From a virus (lineage: Duplodnaviria; Caudoviricetes), in the IMG/VR virus record IMGVR_UViG_3300038316_000377, positions 1 to 30,757 of that record: a stretch of DNA of 30,757 bases. The stretch is one strand, 5' to 3'. Position 1 is the stretch's first letter. Each line of letters begins with the position of its first letter. A program made the position numbers and the translations under genes. A model generated the notes under the pieces. The model was not told the origin of the DNA. It made no database searches and saw only the letters and a list, made by a program, of their open reading frames with translations. This document shows positions 24,520-30,757 of the stretch, piece after piece.

Positions 24520-24966
24520 TCACGCTCCTTCCACAGGGACATAGATCGCTCCATGACCGGTAAGAATTTTTCTCTCTGGATATTCAAGAATTGCTGCATC
24601 TGTTACAACATCAAATCCGCAATCGTTCACAATCTTTTTAAACGCTTCCAACTCTGCAACGATGGCGTTCCAGCTCACAACCTCATCTGTTTTATCTTCT
24701 TCGAGGTAAGTGGAAAGACTGTCTAAGAGCCTATTTTCTGCATCAATTAGTTCTGCAGTGCGAGATTCGAGTTTGAGAAACTCTGCGCTCATAGCCATAT
24801 TCGCAGATACCGAGTCCAAAATGAGTTTGTTCAGTGCGTTCTCAATTTCCGTCCACAACTCGTGCACATCCTGGCTGGACAAGTCCAGCGCAACATCACA
24901 GGCGTGGGCGTATTTCAAGTTTTCAAGTGCTGTTGTTTCACTCACCATTTTCCTCAACTTCCTCAT
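24520..24966 (-). CDS. Hypothetical coiled-coil protein
   Basis: Operon context; helical composition. Confidence 0.65.
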   Translation of the reverse strand: MRKLRKMVSETTALENLKYAHACDVALDLSSQDVHELWTEIENALNKLILDSVSANMAMSAEFLKLESRTAELIDAENRLLDSLSTYLEEDKTDEVVSWNAIVAELEAFKKIVNDCGFDVVTDAAILEYPERKILTGHGAIYVPVEGA

Positions 24967-25084
24967 GATTCACCCGCCACAACAACACTCCAACCTGGAC
25001 CATGAAAATCAAAACCATCCAGATCACCGCGACTGCCAGCATGGAACAAACCAAACGACCTGCAAACTGCGCCAGGGTCACCAT
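24938..25084 (-). CDS. Small single-pass membrane protein (48 aa)
   Basis: MVTLAQFAGRLVCSMLAVAVIWMVLIFMVQVGVLLWRV; ATG overlaps the end of the upstream gene. Confidence 0.45.
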   Translation of the reverse strand: MVTLAQFAGRLVCSMLAVAVIWMVLIFMVQVGVLLWRVNHEEVEENGE

Positions 25085-25395
25085 AGCCGCATCTGCTTCT
25101 CGCGCTGGCCACGTGCCAGTGCGCTTCCGGGGTTTGCGTTGGCAATGAGCGCCAACTGCAACTTGTCCAGGATGATCTTCGCAAACTTCTTGCGGTTGAT
25201 CCGGTTGCCATAAATAAACGGCGCGTCCCAACCTAATGCCAGGGCGATCTGCAACTCGTTGAGTGTGCCTTCACGCTCGAGCTGCAGGATCAGCGGCGCC
25301 ATTTTCGCCGCAAACGCCTGCAACCCTTTCACGATCCCGATCTCAGCCGCACTGTCCACCAAAACCCGGATGATCAAATCTTCCTTACGCGCCAT
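25078..25395 (-). CDS. Hypothetical protein, possible HTH
   Basis: GAGGT RBS; LNELQIALALG HTH-like segment. Confidence 0.6.
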   Translation of the reverse strand: MARKEDLIIRVLVDSAAEIGIVKGLQAFAAKMAPLILQLEREGTLNELQIALALGWDAPFIYGNRINRKKFAKIILDKLQLALIANANPGSALARGQREKQMRLW

Positions 25396-26227
25396 TTTTT
25401 ACCTCGCTCTTGCCCCGATACAGTTTCCGGTATTTTTCGACGGTCTTCTCTTGCTTTTCGGCCGCTGTTTCCGGCCGGATCCTGTTTTTCAAGCGGAAAA
25501 CAAACACCCCTGGCCCGGCAGAATCGCCCAGGTCAAGAATGTCATCCGCAAGCTCTTTGACCTTTTCCAAGGTCCATTCTCCCGACCGCACAGCTTCAGC
25601 CACCTGGCCATAAACTTGCGGGAATACTCCCAGCCGTTCCAGCTTGCCCTCGAGCGGGCGGTCGATCACATCATGCCAGCCGTTATGTTTGTCCAGATTT
25701 TTGGACACTTGTCCAGATTTCTGGACACCTTGTCCAGATTTATGGACAGTTTCCTCGCGCGGATTATCAAGATAATCAGGAGGTAGGTTAAATTCAGGGG
25801 GTAAAGACTTAAAATCTTTAACATCCTCCTTAATAGACCTGTCCAGATTTCTGGACACCTTGTCCAGATTTTTGGACAGGTTATCCACAGGTTTATCCAC
25901 AGAGTTATCCACATCTTTTTCTACAGTTCCTTCCGCGTCTTGAGCACCTCCATGCAGATAGATGGTGATCCGAGAATAATGAGTACTGCTGGACAGCAGC
26001 CAGCCGCAATCTCTCAATATCCCCAGGTGCCCGTATAGTGCGGATCTTGACAATCCCGTCACCTCCTGAATTTCTTTCATCGAAAATTCTTGTGATTCCG
26101 CTTCTTTGCCCCACAAAAGCCCGCGCAACTGCACATATGTCCGGAACACGCCAGCTGGGACGCTGGTGTCATAGACAATGTCAGCAGGGATGGCAACAAA
26201 CTTGGGTGGCAGTAGTGGGCGTGCCAT
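25385..26227 (-). CDS. Phage replication initiator (N-terminal wHTH, iteron-containing linker)
   Basis: FVAIP...SMKEIQEVTGLSRSALYGHLGILRDCGWL HTH; low-complexity linker encoded by iterons. Confidence 0.8.
   Translation of the reverse strand: MARPLLPPKFVAIPADIVYDTSVPAGVFRTYVQLRGLLWGKEAESQEFSMKEIQEVTGLSRSALYGHLGILRDCGWLLSSSTHYSRITIYLHGGAQDAEGTVEKDVDNSVDKPVDNLSKNLDKVSRNLDRSIKEDVKDFKSLPPEFNLPPDYLDNPREETVHKSGQGVQKSGQVSKNLDKHNGWHDVIDRPLEGKLERLGVFPQVYGQVAEAVRSGEWTLEKVKELADDILDLGDSAGPGVFVFRLKNRIRPETAAEKQEKTVEKYRKLYRGKSEVKNGA
25690..25878. repeat. Five palindromic 18-bp iterons TGTCCAGATTTnTGGACA (replication origin)
   Basis: Copies at 25690, 25710, 25731, 25840, 25861 flanking an AT-richer spacer. 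Confidence 0.9.
25881..25913 (+). promoter_or_regulatory. Three perfect DnaA boxes (TTATCCACA), 12-bp period
   Basis: Exact matches at 25881, 25893, 25905. Confidence 0.85.
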
Positions 26228-26229
26228 TG

Positions 26230-26610
26230 CTAAATTTTGAACAGATCTAATTGAATTTCTTCGCCGAATTTGACTTCAGCTGCTTTATCCATCTCGCGCA
26301 GCGTATCAGCCAGGCTGATAATCCGGGACTTGTACTCCCGCGTCCTGAAATCCACATATTCCGCTTTACTGTCCGCAATATAATAGCCACCATAACAGCC
26401 ATCCGAATCTTTTCGGTGGCAGATCAGGTATCCCTGTTTGCGAAGGTTTTCAATCGCCTTCCGCATCGCCCGGTCATCTTTCTTGCCGATCAATCCCCGC
26501 CAGCGCAGCCTTCCCGCCAGGTCCTCTCGTCTCAACGGCATGTCATACCTGCGGTTTTCAAGTTGCTCCAAGGTGTGATATTCCAGCTCTGTCAATGTTT
26601 GTGTTTCCAT
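26230..26610 (-). CDS. Winged-helix DNA-binding protein
   Basis: RREDLA...DRAMRKAIENLRKQGYLIC...GGYYIA pattern; GAGGT RBS. Confidence 0.75.
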   Translation of the reverse strand: METQTLTELEYHTLEQLENRRYDMPLRREDLAGRLRWRGLIGKKDDRAMRKAIENLRKQGYLICHRKDSDGCYGGYYIADSKAEYVDFRTREYKSRIISLADTLREMDKAAEVKFGEEIQLDLFKI

Positions 26611-26653
26611 GATTACCTCTGCTATAATTGGAGAGTCCCATGAGGACTCTGCA

Positions 26654-26938
26654 CTAATCCTGGCTAACGGCTCGTGACTGTTGGCCAGGTTTGTTATTAA
26701 CCTCAGGCAGACGCTCAAGCACGATGCTCCTTGCTATGCCTGGCGTCTGCCTGATCAAACCTTTTACCGCAAGATCTTTTAGCAGCCCCGATATGTGAGA
26801 GGTGCTCGTGCCACCCATTATCGCCACCAGTTCACGGACGGAAGGAGAGTAACCGTTCCAATGAATGAAGGTCTCAATGCATCTTAGAAGTTGATAATGG
26901 ATATCTCGCAAAGCAAAGGGTTTTTCCAATTTTTTCAT
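26654..26938 (-). CDS. Stand-alone LexA-type DNA-binding domain protein
   Basis: GYSPSVREL...STSHI...L..L..KGLI.....ARSI is the LexA N-terminal wHTH; no peptidase domain. Confidence 0.85.
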   Translation of the reverse strand: MKKLEKPFALRDIHYQLLRCIETFIHWNGYSPSVRELVAIMGGTSTSHISGLLKDLAVKGLIRQTPGIARSIVLERLPEVNNKPGQQSRAVSQD

Positions 26939-26999
26939 CAAATTTCTCTCATTGCTTGGGATAATGCGTATTATCCCAACCACTCTCTTTTTTCTTTTC

Positions 27000-27953
27000 C
27001 TAGGAGCTCGCAAGCCCCAACATTTCGCTTACCGTCATCCAGGTCTTATCCGGATTTGGCATCAGCTTCTGTAAATACAATCTCGTGGTCTCAACGTTGT
27101 TTTGTTTCAGGAACCTCCTTATCGTGTCTTCATCATCGCCAGCTTGTGCTCTCAAATAGGCCGCTGTATGGCGCAAGCTGTGCACTTTCAACCCCCTGGT
27201 GCGCAGGCCGGCTTTTCGGGCGTAATACTTGAGACTGTCTCTGACCGTCTGGTCCGAGATTGGCAGGTCAATAATTTCCCCCGTGTTTGTATACCGGTGG
27301 AAAACAAAACCAGCGAACTTCTGCTCTGCATCGGCAAACGCCATGATCGCTTCGTACACTGGTGGATACACTTCTTTGGTCTGGTTTGGCTTGCCTTTGC
27401 CCTGGTACCTCATTATTACTATTCCACCTGGCAGCACTTCAAGATCCTCGTAACGGAGCTGCCGGAGCTCAGAATTTCGGAGCCCTGTCAGTAGATACCC
27501 TGCAAAAAGAGCCTTGTTTCGAAGCCCTGGTAGGTTGTCTGTATTGATGGCCCGTAGGAATGCTCCTGCCTGCTCTTCATCCCAACACATCGCCTTGCCA
27601 TATCTTTCGACTTTGGGCAGTTTGAAGCTTGCAGCCGGATTGTCCTCACGAAGACGGTACTCTTCACCGTCCATGTCCAGGGTGACATACTCTCTGATCA
27701 CAAAGGTATAGAAGCTCTTAACCCCGCTGATCCGGCTCGCGATGGTCGCGTCAGTCCTGCCCGCCTGGTGCAGATCTGCCAGCCAGCCAGCAATATCCTT
27801 CCGACTGATCTCCCAGGCTGGCTTTCCGCAAAAGGCAAGCAGGCCAGTCAGGCTCGAGCGGTAAGATTGCGCTGTGTTCCGGCTGTTCTGCCGGTCCAAC
27901 CACAGCTTGATCGCGTCCTGCCAGACTGCTTGCTTTGCTTCGTCAGTTGACAT
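27000..27953 (-). CDS. XerC/D-like tyrosine recombinase
   Basis: SAM-like N-terminus (NTAQSY...ATIASRISGVKSFY...NPA), TGLRNSEL, GKGK, HSLRH, TTRLY; start MSTDEAK after GAGGA. Confidence 0.9.
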   Translation of the reverse strand: MSTDEAKQAVWQDAIKLWLDRQNSRNTAQSYRSSLTGLLAFCGKPAWEISRKDIAGWLADLHQAGRTDATIASRISGVKSFYTFVIREYVTLDMDGEEYRLREDNPAASFKLPKVERYGKAMCWDEEQAGAFLRAINTDNLPGLRNKALFAGYLLTGLRNSELRQLRYEDLEVLPGGIVIMRYQGKGKPNQTKEVYPPVYEAIMAFADAEQKFAGFVFHRYTNTGEIIDLPISDQTVRDSLKYYARKAGLRTRGLKVHSLRHTAAYLRAQAGDDEDTIRRFLKQNNVETTRLYLQKLMPNPDKTWMTVSEMLGLASS

Positions 27954-27990
27954 AGGATTCCTCGAAAAAAGGGATAAAATAAATGGACAG

Positions 27991-28512
27991 ATGACAAAAG
28001 AAGGTGTTGAATTTCTTTTTACGATCCTCACCGGTCTTGCCACAACTGGTACGTTTTTGTTTCTCCTTTTTGACCGTCGTCCTAGCTGTGAAATCAAACT
28101 GCGGATCAGTGAATCGCAGCGGAGCTTCCCGAACATCAACGGTGCCAGGAATATGGTCTCCAGCCCTGAACTTTTCCTCACCATTACGAACACCGGACGA
28201 GTGGAGCTCTATATTGCAGCGGTATGGATTAATTCCGAAACATTCAAAACGTCGTATTATTTGCGCTGCAATCGTGTCAACCGAGACACCACTACCGGCT
28301 CCTTCGCGCTCTTGCCGAAAAGAAGAACAGTTCAAAGGATTTATCTCTCTGATCTCATTCGAGAATCTTGTCCAGAAGATGGAAAAGTTTCTCTGTTGGA
28401 GATTCAGGCAGAAATCGTTCTTGAAACCGGAGACAAATTCCATTCTAAGAAGCTTCCAATCCCAGCAGAATTACTTGAAGCAGCGTCAAAAGAGTCATTA
28501 ATCCAATCATGA
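27991..28512 (+). CDS. Membrane-anchored hypothetical protein (counter-oriented moron)
   Basis: N-terminal TM helix, then LTITNTGR beta-rich domain; opposite strand to the operon. Confidence 0.7.
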   Translation: MTKEGVEFLFTILTGLATTGTFLFLLFDRRPSCEIKLRISESQRSFPNINGARNMVSSPELFLTITNTGRVELYIAAVWINSETFKTSYYLRCNRVNRDTTTGSFALLPKRRTVQRIYLSDLIRESCPEDGKVSLLEIQAEIVLETGDKFHSKKLPIPAELLEAASKESLIQS

Positions 28513-28624
28513 TCGTCAGCCACGTGTCCCTGTCGATCTTCCCGATTTCATACAAATAACGGGGTATCCAAACAATCGCGACTGCGATCACAAGAGTGAG
28601 TAAAGCAATCATCCAAATCGGCAT
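28445..28624 (-). CDS. Unannotated 59-aa two-TM protein
   Basis: MPIWMIALLTLVIAVAIVWIPRYLYEIGKIDRDTWLTIMIGLMTLLTLLQVILLGLEAS; ATG abuts the previous stop (TAGATG). Confidence 0.55.
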   Translation of the reverse strand: MPIWMIALLTLVIAVAIVWIPRYLYEIGKIDRDTWLTIMIGLMTLLTLLQVILLGLEAS

Positions 28625-28762
28625 CTACTTCCCCGCTCCCTGATCCCTGTTTCCTGCTCCCTGTATCCTCGGTGCGATCTCTTCCTGCCAAAACGCGTGC
28701 AGGGCCATCGGTAAAACGAAAACTAAAAATGGAGATAAAAGTACTAATGCATCACGCAACAT
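28625..28762 (-). CDS. Unannotated 45-aa membrane peptide
   Basis: MLRDALVLLSPFLVFVLPMALHAFWQEEIAPRIQGAGNRDQGAGK; AAGGA RBS right after cro. Confidence 0.55.
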   Translation of the reverse strand: MLRDALVLLSPFLVFVLPMALHAFWQEEIAPRIQGAGNRDQGAGK

Positions 28763-28777
28763 GACAATCCTTTCGTA

Positions 28778-28981
28778 CTACTTAATGGCTTCTTTTTCGG
28801 GTTCGTAAAATCGGGTCCAATCAAAACCCAGGGTAGAGCCGATGCGTTTGGCGACATCGACAGAAGGTCGACGTTCACCATTCTCGATATTCGTGTAATA
28901 CGCTCTAGCTACACCGACTTTTTCTGCAACTTCCACTTGGGTTAATTTTTCTGTTTCTCGGATGTTCTTCAACCAACTCAT
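28778..28981 (-). CDS. cro: Cro-like XRE HTH regulator
   Basis: LTQVEVAEKVGVARAYYTNIENGERRPS; divergent from cI. Confidence 0.9.
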   Translation of the reverse strand: MSWLKNIRETEKLTQVEVAEKVGVARAYYTNIENGERRPSVDVAKRIGSTLGFDWTRFYEPEKEAIK

Positions 28982-28990
28982 TCCTACTCC

Positions 28991-29107
28991 TGTTCCGTTA
29001 TGACACTTATCATAGTGCCAATATGGAACTGTGTCAAGGGTAATCGCAAAACTGGTTTCCAATATGACACTATTTGGTCTACTTCTTGCAAGTGCCATTG
29101 TGGAACA
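28991..29107. promoter_or_regulatory. Four 17-bp operators (consensus AGTGYCA-N3-YGGAAM)
   Basis: 28991-29007 (-), 29014-29030 (+), 29055-29071 (-), 29091-29107 (+). Confidence 0.8.
29009..29037 (-). promoter_or_regulatory. Lytic (cro) promoter
   Basis: TTGACA-17 bp-TATGAT; operator 2 fills the spacer. Confidence 0.8.
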
Positions 29108-29114
29108 TTATTAT
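29086..29114 (+). promoter_or_regulatory. Lysogenic (cI) promoter
   Basis: TTGCAA-17 bp-TATTAT; operator 4 fills the spacer. Confidence 0.7.
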
Positions 29115-29126
29115 TAGGAGAGGAAA

Positions 29127-29729
29127 ATGAAAAACTTGCATATAGCTAGAACAACTAAAGGTATGACCCAAGAACAAGTTGCTGGTTTGTTGGGAGTACA
29201 CCGTACTACCTACAATCGATACGAGAAAGGTCTTCGTTCACCTGATTTGGAAACTGTCTCCAAACTGGCAACAATCTTCGGAGTAACAACGGATTACTTA
29301 TTGGGAAGTAAGCCCAACGAGCAAGATCCTGATCAGATTCGTCTTATTCCTTTGCTTGGATCTGTCCCTGCGGGCACTCCCATTGAAGCCATTGAAGATA
29401 TCGAAGAGTACATTGATATATACCCACGCTTTGTCAAACACGGCGAGCTCTTTGCACTCCGGGTCCAGGGAGACAGCATGGAGCCCGATCTTCGTAATGG
29501 AGATATTGTCGTCATAGAAAAACAGGAATATGTCGAAAATGGACAAATAGCTGTTGTCCGTGTCAATGGGGAAGATTTCACCATTAAACGTGTGAAGCTC
29601 TCTCAGAAAGGTCTCATGCTCATCCCCAGCAACCCCGCCTATGACCCGGTCTTCTTTGATTCCGACCAGGTCGCCACCCTTCCCGTCACCATTATTGGAG
29701 TGGTAATCGAAATCCGTAGGAGGTTGTGA
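29127..29729 (+). CDS. cI: CI-like repressor (XRE HTH + S24 autopeptidase)
   Basis: HTH; VPAG cleavage site; GDSMEP (Ser) and TIKRV (Lys). Confidence 0.95.
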   Translation: MKNLHIARTTKGMTQEQVAGLLGVHRTTYNRYEKGLRSPDLETVSKLATIFGVTTDYLLGSKPNEQDPDQIRLIPLLGSVPAGTPIEAIEDIEEYIDIYPRFVKHGELFALRVQGDSMEPDLRNGDIVVIEKQEYVENGQIAVVRVNGEDFTIKRVKLSQKGLMLIPSNPAYDPVFFDSDQVATLPVTIIGVVIEIRRRL

Positions 29730-30538
29730 TGGATCGGAAAAGGGCGGACATTCTGATCAATACAAATCGCCATTCTTACAAAATTGCGGATAAAGCTGAA
29801 AAGACCAAAATTATTGATGAGATCCAGTCCCAAACAAGCTTAAGCCGTAGCACCATCAGCCGAAGGTTGAATATGCCTACTCAATACAGCACACTATCGG
29901 ATCGCAAGAATAAGGACCTTTCCTCTGAAAGCCCCAACTACTGTAATCCCACTCTCAATCAACGCTGGGAAGCCCTGCCAAAGAAAGCAAGGACCTGGAT
30001 CATCGTGACAGCGATCATCCTTCTCCTTTACTTGTGTAGTTTGTTGACCAGCTGCACCCCCCAGATCCAGGAAGTCATCGTTACCCAAATCCACACTCAG
30101 GAGATTGAAGTGACCCGCGAAATTGAGGTCACCCGGCTCGTGGTCGTTACCGTAACACCCCCGCCTCCGACGCCGACCTCGACATTTCAAAAATGGAGCT
30201 TGGAAAATGCCAGGGATGCTATTGTAGAAGCTGGTTTGGAATTTGAAGGGTATTACGAAATGACCAACGATGACTACGGCTTGGCACCAATGAACGCTGC
30301 TCAGGCTTGGAGGTTCTTAATACCTTCACTTTGTGCTGATTGCGGGGGTAGGATCTACTCCTTCGACAATCCAGAAAAATTGGCAGCAATGAAAGAGTAT
30401 TACGATATGCTTGGTGAAGCATCTGCTCTTTTCTTTTCATGGGCCTTTGCCAAGGACAACATCCTGATCCAGATCAGCGGCGATCTGCCCCAGACCCAAG
30501 CACTGCAATACCAGCAGGCTTTGGAAAACATGAAATAA
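29726..30538 (+). CDS. Membrane-anchored / lipoprotein-like protein co-transcribed with cI
   Basis: Hydrophobic helix ending LLTSC, EVTR/TP-rich linker, globular C-terminal domain. Confidence 0.75.
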   Translation: MMDRKRADILINTNRHSYKIADKAEKTKIIDEIQSQTSLSRSTISRRLNMPTQYSTLSDRKNKDLSSESPNYCNPTLNQRWEALPKKARTWIIVTAIILLLYLCSLLTSCTPQIQEVIVTQIHTQEIEVTREIEVTRLVVVTVTPPPPTPTSTFQKWSLENARDAIVEAGLEFEGYYEMTNDDYGLAPMNAAQAWRFLIPSLCADCGGRIYSFDNPEKLAAMKEYYDMLGEASALFFSWAFAKDNILIQISGDLPQTQALQYQQALENMK

Positions 30539-30669
30539 CATAGCACATTAACATAATAAATCATCATACTGGTGCGCTATTCATGCATCATGGATAAAGA
30601 TACCAAAAGACCTCACGTCTCACGGAAAGTGAGAGCCTTGCTATCTGAACCCCGCAATAACGGTCATAG

Positions 30670-30715
30670 GGTTCACATCCGTGAGGTTCGGAGGTTCGAG
30701 TCCTCTAGCGCCCAC
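30670..30715 (+). other. Attachment site: 3' half of tRNA-Val(CAC)
   Basis: GG-TTCACAT-CCGTG-AGGTTC-GGAGG-TTCGAGT-CCTCT-AGCGCCC-A; no D-arm or 5' acceptor strand upstream. Confidence 0.88.
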
Positions 30716-30732
30716 TTTTTCTTTAACCATCG

Positions 30733-30750
30733 CCTTCTCCTTGGAGAAGG
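30733..30750 (+). terminator. Hairpin downstream of the tRNA fragment (probably host tRNA terminator)
   Basis: CCTTCTC-CTTG-GAGAAGG. Confidence 0.5.
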
Positions 30751-30757
30751 GGGACCA

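Larger units (their letters stand above)
1..30715. mobile_element. Temperate siphovirus prophage; right boundary at the tRNA-Val 3' fragment, left boundary probably outside the window
   Basis: Canonical head-neck-tail-lysis gene order, cI/cro switch, replication module and terminal tRNA fragment. Confidence 0.95.

Noticed and set aside
25690-25878. CRISPR-like palindromic repeats
   Set aside because: Repeats are 18 bp with 2-3 bp gaps, lie inside a replication gene and have no cas genes; they fit iterons
27954-28193. Extended N-termini given by the ORF track (recombinase from 28193; likewise cro from 29098 and MTase from 22521)
   Set aside because: Downstream ATGs have clear RBSs, and the extensions overlap promoters, operators or opposite-strand genes
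30560-30715. Complete or intron-split tRNA-Val
   Set aside because: No D-arm or correctly placed 5' acceptor strand; GGTGCGCTA at 30571 is only a partial match

Overview
The window is most of a temperate siphovirus prophage. Almost all genes are on the - strand. Reading from the right end: a displaced 3' half of tRNA-Val(CAC) marks an att boundary; then come a cI/cro switch with four 17-bp operators and an early operon (XerD-like recombinase, LexA-type HTH, replication initiator, minimal PolX, ASCH, Zn-ribbon). The initiator gene contains five palindromic iterons and three perfect DnaA boxes. Next are a self-promoted DNA methyltransferase-Mrr fusion, a structured 470-bp non-coding region, and the late operon. 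The late operon runs holin, HNH, terminases, portal, ClpP, scaffold, P22-like coat, neck, tail (with a -1 frameshift chaperone), tape measure, Dit/hub, a modular tail fibre, and a GH25-SH3-C39 endolysin. The most unusual element is in the non-coding region (20470-20910). An atypical tRNA-like cloverleaf is followed about 65 nt downstream by a separately promoted short RNA whose 5' end is complementary to the cloverleaf's anticodon arm (11 nt) and D-arm (9 nt). This sits just upstream of a late promoter whose leader can form either a terminator or an antiterminator, so it is a candidate tRNA-mimic/anti-tRNA regulatory system. The host is tentatively Chloroflexota (Anaerolineae-like), an inference from protein style only. 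All calls come from reading motifs by eye; no database search was run.
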